Part shown: positions 1 to 9,143 of the stretch, piece after piece | Layout: every line of letters begins with the position of its first letter | Numbering within the stretch: position 1 is the first letter of the stretch | Sequence record: SRR31156797_9135 | Length of the DNA: 37,829 nt | Strand: one strand, 5' to 3' | Translations under genes and position numbers: made by a program | Notes under the pieces: model-generated | Databases searched by the model: none | What the model saw: only the letters and a program-made list of their open reading frames with translations | Told to the model about the DNA's origin: nothing

Positions 1-618
1 AGAAAAATCAAAAATATGGGCACAGTAAATGTAAATGCTTTGGAAGACTATACGCAGATAAATGAAAGGTATACTGAGCATAAAGTACAGTATGATGACC
101 TTATTAAAGCTGAATCTGATTTAATTACTGTTATTGAGGACTTAAACGAGCATATGCTAAGCGTTTTCAGCTCAGAATTCGATAAATTAAATGAATACTT
201 TAAAGAAGCATTCTCTGCATTATTCGGCGGTGGTGAGGCAAAACTAATAATTCATGACGAAGAGAATGTTTTGGAAAGCGGAATAGATATTATTGCACAG
301 CCTCCTGGCAAGAAGCTGCAGCATCTGTCATTACTATCAGGCGGAGAAAAGGCTTTGACTGCCATAGCACTTCTGTTTGCTATGCTTAGACATAGACCAA
401 GTCCATTCTGCCTGCTTGACGAGATTGAAGCGGCTCTGGACGAAGCAAATCTAAATCATTTTGCACGATATGTAAAAGATTATTCCAAGGATACACAATT
501 CGTAATAGTTACCCATCGCAGAGGCACAATGGAAGCCTGTGACCGACTATACGGAGTGACTATGGAAGAAAAGGGTGTCAGCAAAATGATTTCTGTACAG
601 ATATCTGATTACGAATAA
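1..618 (+). CDS. smc: Chromosome segregation protein SMC, C-terminal part (5' truncated by window)
   Basis: Frame open from base 1; ABC signature LSGGEK, Walker B/D-loop LLDEIEAALD, H-loop VTHR; directly upstream of ftsY as usual in Firmicutes. Confidence 0.97.
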   Translation, partial: RKIKNMGTVNVNALEDYTQINERYTEHKVQYDDLIKAESDLITVIEDLNEHMLSVFSSEFDKLNEYFKEAFSALFGGGEAKLIIHDEENVLESGIDIIAQPPGKKLQHLSLLSGGEKALTAIALLFAMLRHRPSPFCLLDEIEAALDEANLNHFARYVKDYSKDTQFVIVTHRRGTMEACDRLYGVTMEEKGVSKMISVQISDYE

Positions 619-644
619 ATTTAACCCAGCAGAAAGGGAAAACA

Positions 645-1544
645 ATGGGTATATTTAATAAATTCAATGAGCGGTTAAAAAAAACATCCAGCGCAATATC
701 TGAGAGACTAAACGAAGTAATCAGCTTCTACACCGACATAGATGATGATCTCTATGAAGATTTGCAGGATGTACTGATATCATCTGATATGGGTATTGAT
801 ACCAGCGAGGCAGTTATCAGCTCATTAAAGGAAAAAGTAAAATCTCAAAAACTAGGTAATCTTGATAAAATAAAAGACCTGCTCAGACAGGAGATTGCAG
901 ACATTATGAATAATGAAGGCATGGAAATAAATTCTCCTATGGTTATTCTAATGGTCGGTGTAAACGGCACTGGTAAAACTACAAGTGCAGGTAAATTAGC
1001 ATCGAAATACAAAGCTATGGGTAATTCTGTAGCCTTGTGTGCAGCAGATACCTTCCGTGCAGCAGCTGTTGAGCAGTTAACTACCTGGAGCGAACGAGCT
1101 GATGTGCCTATCACAAAAGCACAGACTGGTGCAGACCCAGCTTCAGTAGTATATGATGCCATTTCTAGTGCAAAAGCAAAAAGCATTGATATATTAATCT
1201 GCGACACAGCAGGAAGACTCCACAACAAAAAAAATCTGATGAATGAACTAAATAAAATAAGCAGAACAATCGACAATGAGTATCCAGAGGCAAAAAGAGA
1301 AACACTATTAGTTGTAGATGCTACTACCGGGCAGAATGCCATAAGTCAGGCAAAACTTTTTTCCCAAGTATGCAGCGTTTCTGGTATAATATTAACAAAA
1401 CTGGACGGAACAGCCAGAGGAGGCGTAGCGGCAGCAGTAAAAAATGTTACCAATCTGCCTGTATACTATATAGGTGTCGGTGAAGGAATCGAAGATTTAG
1501 AGGAATTCTCAGCTATTGATTATGCTAATGCAATTATTAGCTAA
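645..1544 (+). CDS. ftsY: Signal recognition particle receptor FtsY (NG domain)
   Basis: GVNGTGKTT, DTFRAAA, DTAGR, TKLDGTARGG and GVGE motifs. Confidence 0.97.
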   Translation: MGIFNKFNERLKKTSSAISERLNEVISFYTDIDDDLYEDLQDVLISSDMGIDTSEAVISSLKEKVKSQKLGNLDKIKDLLRQEIADIMNNEGMEINSPMVILMVGVNGTGKTTSAGKLASKYKAMGNSVALCAADTFRAAAVEQLTTWSERADVPITKAQTGADPASVVYDAISSAKAKSIDILICDTAGRLHNKKNLMNELNKISRTIDNEYPEAKRETLLVVDATTGQNAISQAKLFSQVCSVSGIILTKLDGTARGGVAAAVKNVTNLPVYYIGVGEGIEDLEEFSAIDYANAIIS

Positions 1545-1562
1545 GAATATCTGTATTAATAT

Positions 1563-1615
1563 ATTCGTCAAATTATAAAGGTTAGTTGTTAAATAATTTT
1601 AACTGTTTGACGAAT
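1563..1615. promoter_or_regulatory. 10-bp inverted repeat ATTCGTCAAA...TTTGACGAAT; each arm contains TGACGAA (Spo0A-box-like TGNCGAA)
   Basis: Arms at 1563-1572 and 1606-1615 in the ftsY-lon intergenic region. Confidence 0.4.
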
Positions 1616-1683
1616 TCATGATTCATTACCAAATTACAAATAGGTGAACATGAGAAGATACTACTCCAGAAGAAAGGATAGAA

Positions 1684-3993
1684 ATGAGTACACAAACATT
1701 ACCAGCAATAGCTCTAAGGGGATTAGTGGTATTCCCGCATATGACTGTTAATTTTGATATAGGAAGAGAAAAATCACTAAAAGCACTTAAGCAAGCACAA
1801 TCTGACAAATCAGATATTATACTGGTATCTCAAAAAGATATGACTATACCAAACCCTGACGCAGAGGATTTGCTTACAATAGGCACTTTGTGCAGAATTA
1901 AGCAGCACGCAAAAATCAACGATAAAGTAAACAGAGTGATGGTTGAAGGTATACGACGTGTAAAAATAACAGATTATATTGAAACCAATCCTATGCTTGT
2001 TGTGGAATATATGGCATTGAAAAACAAAGCAAAAGCCAATTCACCAAAAATCGTTGCTCTGATGAGAACTGCAAAAGATGAATTTGACAGTGTTGCAAAA
2101 ACATCAAAGAAGTTCCCTGCTGATATAAATATCAAGGTTCAGCATGAGCAGGATCCAGATAAATTAAATGATATCTTATCAGCTCATGGATTATTCAGCA
2201 CAGAGGATAAACATACATCAATGGAGATAATCGATATTGCAAAGAGGCTGGAAACCATTGCGGAGCTGCTTAACAAAGAGATTGAAATACTAAAAATAGA
2301 AGCACAAGTCAACAATAGGGTCAGAAAGCAGCTGGACAAAATGCAGCGTGACCATTATCTCCATGAGCAGATAAAGGCAATTAAAGCCGAGTTAGGCGAA
2401 ACAGATGCTGAGAAAATTCCTGAACAAAAAAAAATGGCTGAAAACCTTCCCATTGAGGATAGTTACAAGCAAAAAATACTAAAAGAAATCGACAGGCTGT
2501 CTACTCTTCCAAGTATGACTCCAGAATCCGGAGTACTTAGAACGTGGTTAGGCTGGATATTTGATATGCCGTGGCATGAAATGAGCGAAGACTCTATAGA
2601 GCTAGACAAGTCTCAAAAAGTACTGGACGAAGATCATTATGGATTAGAGAAGGTAAAAGAACGTATCATAGAATACCTTGCAGTTCGTGTCCTTACAAAC
2701 AGCATGAAAGGACCGATTCTGTGCTTTGTAGGACCTCCGGGAGTAGGTAAAACGTCTATTGCTAAATCAATAGCAAGAGCAACCAACAGGAAGTTTATCC
2801 GTATGTCATTAGGCGGCGTACGTGATGAAGCTGAAATTCGTGGGCACAGACGTACATATATTGGTGCTATGCCGGGGCGTATAATATCTAACTTAAAGCA
2901 GGCAGGCACAAAGAATCCAGTATTCCTACTGGATGAAATTGAAAAAATGAGTTCTGATTTCAGAGGTGATCCTGCATCTGCTATGCTTGAGGTATTAGAC
3001 AGCGAACAGAACTCTACATTTACAGATCATTATCTGGAAATCCCTTTTGATTTATCTAAGATAATGTTCCTTGCAACTGCAAACTCAATAGATACTATCC
3101 CTCCTGCCCTCTTTGACAGAATGGAGATAATCCATATTTCAGGCTATACTGACGAAGAGAAGCTGAACATTGCAACGAAATATCTGCTGCCAAAACAGCT
3201 GAAAAATCATGGTATTGAGGAAAGTGCAGTTACTGTAAAGGATGATGTAATCCTTGAGATAATCTCAAGCTATACAAAAGAAGCTGGTGTTCGTGAGCTG
3301 GAGAGACAGTTTGCCAGCGTAGCTAGAAAATCAGCAAAAATCTTGGTAGAAAGCAAGAAAAAAAACATAAGTGTTACTTCTGATAATTTAGAGGATTTCC
3401 TAGGCATTCAGAAATATCTGCAGAATGATGCAAACAAAACTAATCAGATAGGTGTTGCTACAGGTCTGGCATGGACGTCCGTAGGCGGTGTGACTCTTAA
3501 TATTGAGGTCAACATTATGCCGGGAACAGGCAAGCTGCATTTAACAGGTCAGCTTGGTGACGTTATGAAAGAATCAGCATCTGCAGGATTAAGCTATATC
3601 AGAGCCAATTCCAGCAAATTAGGTATAGCAGATAATGATAAATTCTACGAAAACAAGGATATCCATATACACATTCCTGCTGGTGCTACTCCAAAAGACG
3701 GTCCGTCCGCAGGTATCACAATGGCTACCAGCATGCTGAGCGCACTAACTAATACACCTGTAGAAGCTGACTTAGCCATGACAGGCGAGATTACATTGAG
3801 GGGTAATGTACTGCCAATCGGAGGACTAAAGGAAAAATCGCTGGCTGCATACAGAGCAGGGATTACAAAGATACTGGTTCCTGCCGACAACAAAAAGGAT
3901 ATCGCAGAAATACCTGACAAAGTAAAAAATACGCTGGAAATTGTAGCTGTTAAATCAATAGATGAAGTACTGCAGCACGCATTGGTTAAATAA
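1684..3993 (+). CDS. lon: ATP-dependent protease Lon (LonA)
   Basis: Lon N-domain; Walker A GPPGVGKT; RTYIGAMPG; catalytic Ser in KDGPSAG and Lys in GGLKEK. Confidence 0.98.
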   Translation: MSTQTLPAIALRGLVVFPHMTVNFDIGREKSLKALKQAQSDKSDIILVSQKDMTIPNPDAEDLLTIGTLCRIKQHAKINDKVNRVMVEGIRRVKITDYIETNPMLVVEYMALKNKAKANSPKIVALMRTAKDEFDSVAKTSKKFPADINIKVQHEQDPDKLNDILSAHGLFSTEDKHTSMEIIDIAKRLETIAELLNKEIEILKIEAQVNNRVRKQLDKMQRDHYLHEQIKAIKAELGETDAEKIPEQKKMAENLPIEDSYKQKILKEIDRLSTLPSMTPESGVLRTWLGWIFDMPWHEMSEDSIELDKSQKVLDEDHYGLEKVKERIIEYLAVRVLTNSMKGPILCFVGPPGVGKTSIAKSIARATNRKFIRMSLGGVRDEAEIRGHRRTYIGAMPGRIISNLKQAGTKNPVFLLDEIEKMSSDFRGDPASAMLEVLDSEQNSTFTDHYLEIPFDLSKIMFLATANSIDTIPPALFDRMEIIHISGYTDEEKLNIATKYLLPKQLKNHGIEESAVTVKDDVILEIISSYTKEAGVRELERQFASVARKSAKILVESKKKNISVTSDNLEDFLGIQKYLQNDANKTNQIGVATGLAWTSVGGVTLNIEVNIMPGTGKLHLTGQLGDVMKESASAGLSYIRANSSKLGIADNDKFYENKDIHIHIPAGATPKDGPSAGITMATSMLSALTNTPVEADLAMTGEITLRGNVLPIGGLKEKSLAAYRAGITKILVPADNKKDIAEIPDKVKNTLEIVAVKSIDEVLQHALVK

Positions 3994-3995
3994 AT

Positions 3996-4604
3996 ATGAA
4001 GATACAAAAAGCTGAATTTATTAAATCTATAGCTGATTACAATAATCCAAAGCTTATACCAAAGCCTCAGATTGCTCTGGTAGGGCGTTCAAATGTAGGT
4101 AAATCTACTCTGATAAATACCCTATGCAATCGTCGTGGATTAGCAAAGGTCAGCTCAAGCCCAGGAAAAACAAGGCTGGTAAATGTATTTAATATAAATG
4201 ATGATTTCTATTTGATAGATTTACCTGGCTATGGATTTGCCAAAGTATCTGAAGCAGAAAAAGCTAAGTGGAGCAGAATGATGGAGGATTACTTCTCCAT
4301 GTCCAAGGATTTAGTGCATATATTCCTATTAATGGACATTCGCCGTGAACCGAGTCAGGACGATTTGCAGATGTCTATGTGGATACAGCATTCCGGAATA
4401 AACTGCACAATAATTGCTACAAAGGCAGATAAAATAAAAAAATCCCAGCGAAAGCTGGTTGCAAGTAAACTTTCCGATAAACTTGCAATGACCTTTGCTA
4501 CTCCAACTATTATTTTCTCAAGTCTGGACAAATTAGGTGTAATGGAAACCAGGCAGAGAATTGATGACATACTAAAGGGAAGTGCCGCATATTACGAGGA
4601 GTAA
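3996..4604 (+). CDS. engB: Ribosome biogenesis GTPase EngB/YihA/YsxC
   Basis: GRSNVGKS, PGKT, DLPGYG, TKAD; follows lon. Confidence 0.96.
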   Translation: MKIQKAEFIKSIADYNNPKLIPKPQIALVGRSNVGKSTLINTLCNRRGLAKVSSSPGKTRLVNVFNINDDFYLIDLPGYGFAKVSEAEKAKWSRMMEDYFSMSKDLVHIFLLMDIRREPSQDDLQMSMWIQHSGINCTIIATKADKIKKSQRKLVASKLSDKLAMTFATPTIIFSSLDKLGVMETRQRIDDILKGSAAYYEE

Positions 4605-4622
4605 ATTCATATAATCATAATG

Positions 4623-4650
4623 CCCTAAGCTATTGCTTAGGGTTATTTTT
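4623..4650 (+). terminator. Probable intrinsic terminator after lon-engB
   Basis: CCCTAAGC-TATT-GCTTAGGG stem followed by TTATTTTT. Confidence 0.7.
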
Positions 4651-4661
4651 ATGAGGTAAAT

Positions 4662-5765
4662 ATGAAAAAAAAGTGGATAGAAATTGTACTCACAGTACTA
4701 TGTATATGCATCATTGTTGTTAGTGTTTATTTGAGTCCAGATAAAATTAGAGCTAAATCTTATGCTGAAATTATACAGAACGAACCTCCGATTTTTTCTG
4801 GGGTTATTAACATTTGGCAAATATCTACTTGGCGTGTAGCACAAAGCTCCAAGACACTTTGTTTATTGGATGCTGCAAAAGAATTTGAGAAAAAGCACAA
4901 CTTTGTATTTATAGAAGTACAAAACATCAGTATTGATGATTATCAGAAGGCAATTTCAGAGGGCAGATACCCTGATGTACTATCTTTTCCTGCCGAAATG
5001 GAAGTAGAACTGACAAAATGTACCCAAATTAACGACAACCAAAGTCTCTTGCCTATCTTAAAGCAGACATACTATACCTCAGGCATGAAGGTAGTACCTT
5101 GGCTATATACATCAAGTGTATTAATTGCAAATTCCAAACAAATAGGAGCAAAATCTTTGGATGCATCTATGTATCAAAATAGTCAGCAGACAGCACAGAT
5201 AATAAATGAACTAGCTAATGTCGAAGCAAATACCATTGGCTCAATATATGCCCTTATCCCCCTTGCTGTTAGTGACACTGCTATTAATACTACTCCAAAA
5301 GAGATTTCCCCTTACAATGCTTGGAATAGCTTTGTAAGCAAAGAAACCTCAGTTATATATGGCAGCATATGGCAAAACTATTCTATGAACAGACTAATAG
5401 ACAGAGATAAAGGGTTTGACTGTACATATATTATTCCATCAGATGATATGCCCCAATTCCTCTGGACGCAAAATCTTTGCATTTTCTCAGCGGATTATGA
5501 TAAAAACATAATGATAAATAAATACATCGACTTAGTTTTAAGTGAAAAATACCAGATTAAATTCGCTGACAAAACTGCCAGCTTTCCAGCTACAAACATT
5601 GAATTGGATTACGGAGGCATCAGAAGCGATATCTTATCAGCTAAATACAATTACTCAATTGCTATTGTACCAGGTATTGGAATATTCAATGAAGATATTA
5701 TATCAGCTCTTAAAGATGAATCTGGTGCAAAGGATTTACTACGTCAAAAAGTTATTATCCAATAA
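4662..5765 (+). CDS. Membrane-anchored extracellular solute-binding-protein-like protein
   Basis: Basic N-terminus plus hydrophobic anchor; 'INIW...AKEFEKKH.FVFIEVQ...PDVLS' resembles ABC SBP family 1 N-terminus. Confidence 0.55.
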   Translation: MKKKWIEIVLTVLCICIIVVSVYLSPDKIRAKSYAEIIQNEPPIFSGVINIWQISTWRVAQSSKTLCLLDAAKEFEKKHNFVFIEVQNISIDDYQKAISEGRYPDVLSFPAEMEVELTKCTQINDNQSLLPILKQTYYTSGMKVVPWLYTSSVLIANSKQIGAKSLDASMYQNSQQTAQIINELANVEANTIGSIYALIPLAVSDTAINTTPKEISPYNAWNSFVSKETSVIYGSIWQNYSMNRLIDRDKGFDCTYIIPSDDMPQFLWTQNLCIFSADYDKNIMINKYIDLVLSEKYQIKFADKTASFPATNIELDYGGIRSDILSAKYNYSIAIVPGIGIFNEDIISALKDESGAKDLLRQKVIIQ

Positions 5766-5774
5766 AAACTATTA

Positions 5775-5839
5775 GCAACATATTGTTGCCATAAAAAATC
5801 TATATATTTATTGATTTGAATATTTGCATAGTATACAAT
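5775..5839 (+). promoter_or_regulatory. Palindrome GCAACA-TAT-TGTTGC and sigma70 promoter of the XRE gene
   Basis: Palindrome 5775-5789; TTGATT (5811-5816), 17 bp, TACAAT (5834-5839). Confidence 0.5.
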
Positions 5840-5855
5840 ATCCAAGAGGTAAAAA

Positions 5856-6473
5856 ATGATTGGTGATAATATAAAAAAATACAGAGAGAAAATTGACATG
5901 ACTCAGTCAGATTTAGCAGAATCTTTATTTGTTACTCGTCAAGCTATATCAAATTGGGAAAGAGGCAAAACTGAGCCTGATTTAGATACTATACAGAAAA
6001 TTGCAGATATTCTAGGTGTAAGTAAAATGTCACTTATTAGCTACAATGACGATTATGATGTAGACAAAATGTCGCTTAGAATACTACGTTCTGTCAATAT
6101 CCTTCTTATAGCTTCACATATATTTTTAAGTGTAAAAAAAGGTATAAGTTTTATGCCTCTTCTGATTGCTCCTGCAACAATATTTCTAATTGTAATGATT
6201 ATGAGTATAGTTTTTATTAACAGTTTCAAAACTGGTGACTTTTCCATAATTGCAGGATTTGACCCAAGAAAGGATACTGTAAGTAAAACACGTAAGCAAC
6301 TCTATTACATTTTGCTGCTTAGTCTGATTCTATCCATAGCTTCAAGTATATTTTATTACTGTGTTTATGCAACAAGTCCTGATAAAATAATACTGAGTAC
6401 GATGATTATTCTATTTAGTTTTATTATTGGACTATTCATCGTTGTTTTTACTGTAAGTAAAAAAGTAAAATGA
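5856..6473 (+). CDS. XRE-family HTH regulator with C-terminal multi-TM domain
   Basis: 'MTQSDLAESLFVTRQAISNWERGKTEPD' HTH_3 motif followed by about four hydrophobic segments. Confidence 0.85.
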   Translation: MIGDNIKKYREKIDMTQSDLAESLFVTRQAISNWERGKTEPDLDTIQKIADILGVSKMSLISYNDDYDVDKMSLRILRSVNILLIASHIFLSVKKGISFMPLLIAPATIFLIVMIMSIVFINSFKTGDFSIIAGFDPRKDTVSKTRKQLYYILLLSLILSIASSIFYYCVYATSPDKIILSTMIILFSFIIGLFIVVFTVSKKVK

Positions 6474-6491
6474 GTTCAAATTAAATAAATG

Positions 6492-6519
6492 AAAAGCACC
6501 CTGCAATACAAGGTGCTCT
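6492..6519. terminator. Possible bidirectional terminator between convergent genes
   Basis: AGCACC...GGTGCT stem preceded by an A run (U tract on the minus strand). Confidence 0.45.
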
Positions 6520-6529
6520 ATAAGTTACT

Positions 6530-7375
6530 TTATTCGAAAACTTCCTCTAAGTCTTCCAGCTCCTCACTAAATTCGTCCATAGTATCTTCAAATTCATCCA
6601 TATAATACTCAAACTCCTCGTAATCATAGTATCTGTAACCATCATGGAACGCCCATCTATGGAAGAATATCCATCCGCCGAATTTGTCGGTAAATTCATC
6701 TATATCCTCTGAAAATTCTTCTGAATCAAAGTTTTCAGCGAACTCTTTGGCTGTAACCACACTGCCGATAATCGTAAAACCTAAGGAAACCAGTAAAACC
6801 ACTACCAGGAGAATCCATATTACTGGACTGATTTTAATACCCTTATACTCTTTCTTAATATATCTGTCTGGATCAGATGTCAGTCCATTCAGCATAGTCT
6901 TGTACCAACGCATAACATAAGGTATCAGTTTAATGATTCCAAGTACTATCAGTATCATAACCGATACTGCAAATACAGCACCTGCAATGACAACCATTAA
7001 TAGTGACTGACTGCTAAATACTGTACTCAATGCAATTGTAGCATATATAGTTGATACAGCCCCTAATACTAAGCCAATCAGAACACTAACAAGCCAAATA
7101 CAGCCTATACTTAGTGCAATAATACCTATAACATATGCAGCTGTGTTCACTCCATCATTTGCAGTACTCTGACTGTTAAACTGCATGTTTCTCTTTAGGT
7201 TTAATGCTATTTGCTTCGGATCTCCCAAAGCTTCGCATATCTCCTCTTCCGTACGCCCTTGTGCCAATCCGTCAATAAAATGCTTCTCATAATCAAGCAT
7301 TATTTCCCTCTTATCATTTTGAGTCATTCCCATTAGTGAATCCTTTAGGATTCTCAAAAATTCGCTTTTTTTCAT
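6530..7375 (-). CDS. DUF1700/HAAS-domain membrane protein
   Basis: 'MKKSEFL..L...L.....DY.KHF.DG...G.TEEEI...LGDP..IA' N-terminus, TM helices, downstream of a PadR gene. Confidence 0.8.
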   Translation of the reverse strand: MKKSEFLRILKDSLMGMTQNDKREIMLDYEKHFIDGLAQGRTEEEICEALGDPKQIALNLKRNMQFNSQSTANDGVNTAAYVIGIIALSIGCIWLVSVLIGLVLGAVSTIYATIALSTVFSSQSLLMVVIAGAVFAVSVMILIVLGIIKLIPYVMRWYKTMLNGLTSDPDRYIKKEYKGIKISPVIWILLVVVLLVSLGFTIIGSVVTAKEFAENFDSEEFSEDIDEFTDKFGGWIFFHRWAFHDGYRYYDYEEFEYYMDEFEDTMDEFSEELEDLEEVFE

Positions 7376-7438
7376 TTTTATTACCTTCCTTAATGAAATT
7401 AAATCTTACCTTTTTAATCAAACAACCGTAACTCACCA

Positions 7439-7753
7439 TCAACCAATACTATCAAGTAATTGGCTTACACCCTTGTTAAATTCTTTCCACTCTGTCATTA
7501 GTTCTACCTGCGCTTTGCTTCCAACATCTGTTATCCTGTAGTACTTTCTAGGCGGACCTTCGGTTGACTCCTTTAAATACGTTTCAAAATAGCCTTCCTT
7601 GTTCAGCCTGCGAAGCAGTGGATAAATGGTTCCTTCAGATACGGATATGGTCTCTGACAATCTGTTAAATAACTCGTAGCCATACATATCCTTAGCTTTA
7701 AGAAGTGATAGCACACATAGCTCCAATATTCCCTTTTTGAATTGAATATTCAT
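7439..7753 (-). CDS. PadR-family transcriptional regulator
   Basis: [39 protein letters not shown]. Confidence 0.95.
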   Translation of the reverse strand: MNIQFKKGILELCVLSLLKAKDMYGYELFNRLSETISVSEGTIYPLLRRLNKEGYFETYLKESTEGPPRKYYRITDVGSKAQVELMTEWKEFNKGVSQLLDSIG

Positions 7754-7776
7754 TGCTGTCCCTCACTTTCAAGTGC

Positions 7777-7805
7777 ATTATAACACACGCTACTGTAGAT
7801 TGCAA
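7777..7805 (-). promoter_or_regulatory. sigma70 promoter of the padR-DUF1700 operon
   Basis: Minus strand TTGCAA, 17 bp, TATAAT with extended TG. Confidence 0.7.
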
Positions 7806-7999
7806 GGTAGTAATTATAATTTGTTATTATTTTTTATAAGATATTGATTATAATGTGGATTCGATGGTGCTGCAAGGTTTTAGGGAATTTACAGAAATAT
7901 TTATAGCATACTAGGTTTCTAGAAGATGATATGGGTATTATTTGTTGAAGTTGAAGCTACCAGATTTATAATTGATAATAATACTACACTACAAGTAAA

Positions 8000-8021
8000 G
8001 CCTGCTTCATTTGAAGCAGGC
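8000..8021. terminator. Hairpin downstream of the NERD gene, probable terminator
   Basis: GCCTGCTTCA-TT-TGAAGCAGGC perfect inverted repeat. Confidence 0.6.
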
Positions 8022-8042
8022 CTAGTAATCAATTTTTATAAA

Positions 8043-9077
8043 TTAGTACTTATTAATTATAGAAACTATGTCCTCACCATATTTATTTACCTTGACTTCA
8101 CCGAACCCGTAAACATGATGTAATTGTTCTATAGTCCTTGGCATCTTTGATATCAAATCTTTCATTTGATTATCATTATAAATACAATAGGCTTTGATAT
8201 TCTCTTCTCGGCTCTTTATTAATCTATAGTACTTTAGCTCCTTATAAATACTTTTTTCTTCGACATTATCTCTAGGAGTGCTATTTATGAATATACCCCC
8301 CTTTTTTTTCAGATAATTTGTATTGTTTGTAATGAAATATTCTTTATATTTTTCTGTATAATCTTTTCTTTTTTCTTTGTGGTGGTTTAAATAAAATTGA
8401 GCCCATTCAAATGTTTCTTTTTTAGTAAAGGGTAAATCTTTCGAATCATTATATTTGCTTTTAATATGCTTAATAAGTTGGTCAGCACGGATAACCTGAT
8501 TTTTTATATCTTTCTTTGCATATTTTGCATTTAAAACAGTCTTGGAATTTGCTAAAACTACAATAGTTTTGTTTCCATCTTCAAAATATTTATTTATAAA
8601 ATGCTTCGCTATAATATTTTTGTCACCAATTCTTATTCTCTTTATTAAATCTAAATGGCGTTGGTTTTGTGTAATTGGAGAATAAATCCCCTCTTTTTTT
8701 ACTCTACCATTGTATCTCATGGTCCTTATAAAATCACCATTATTTCTTATTTCAATATTTCCGTATAGATTTTTGCATTCTATTATAAAACATATCTTTT
8801 TTGTAAACACCATATAATCTATCTGTGCATTTTGCTCATCATCGCTAAGATATATATCATGCAATATATACATCGGCATATAGCTATTTTGTAATTCAAA
8901 TGCAATTGTCTTTTCCCCAATTATTCCATACTCAAGTTTCCTAATATCATGTCTGATTTTTTTCTTTCCTTCAGTATTTAATAATGGTTCTAACTCTATA
9001 AGTTTTTCTAACAATTTCTCTGAATCACTGCTCTTCCTCAAGAATATTGGTTCGTTCCATTCATCAATTAATCCCAT
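8043..9077 (-). CDS. NERD (PD-(D/E)xK-like nuclease-related) domain protein with C-terminal HRDC domain
   Basis: G.IGE, QIDY, IIECKN, SPITQN.RH (NERD); 'LKYYRL..SREENIKAYCIYND.....L....P.T..QL..V.GFG..KV.KYGEDI' (HRDC). Confidence 0.88.
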   Translation of the reverse strand: MGLIDEWNEPIFLRKSSDSEKLLEKLIELEPLLNTEGKKKIRHDIRKLEYGIIGEKTIAFELQNSYMPMYILHDIYLSDDEQNAQIDYMVFTKKICFIIECKNLYGNIEIRNNGDFIRTMRYNGRVKKEGIYSPITQNQRHLDLIKRIRIGDKNIIAKHFINKYFEDGNKTIVVLANSKTVLNAKYAKKDIKNQVIRADQLIKHIKSKYNDSKDLPFTKKETFEWAQFYLNHHKEKRKDYTEKYKEYFITNNTNYLKKKGGIFINSTPRDNVEEKSIYKELKYYRLIKSREENIKAYCIYNDNQMKDLISKMPRTIEQLHHVYGFGEVKVNKYGEDIVSIINKY

Positions 9078-9112
9078 GTTATACTACCTCTATAATACAA
9101 ATTCACCATTAT

Positions 9113-9140
9113 ATTATACCATAATATACCATAGTTTCAA
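9113..9140 (-). promoter_or_regulatory. sigma70 promoter of the NERD gene, just after the pyrH stop
   Basis: Minus strand TTGAAA, 16 bp, TATAAT with extended TG. Confidence 0.6.
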
Positions 9141-9143
9141 GTT

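Noticed and set aside
2926-2949. Lon Walker B reads LLDEIEKM rather than LLDEIDKM
   Set aside because: A conservative change outside the catalytic DE pair; all other motifs are intact
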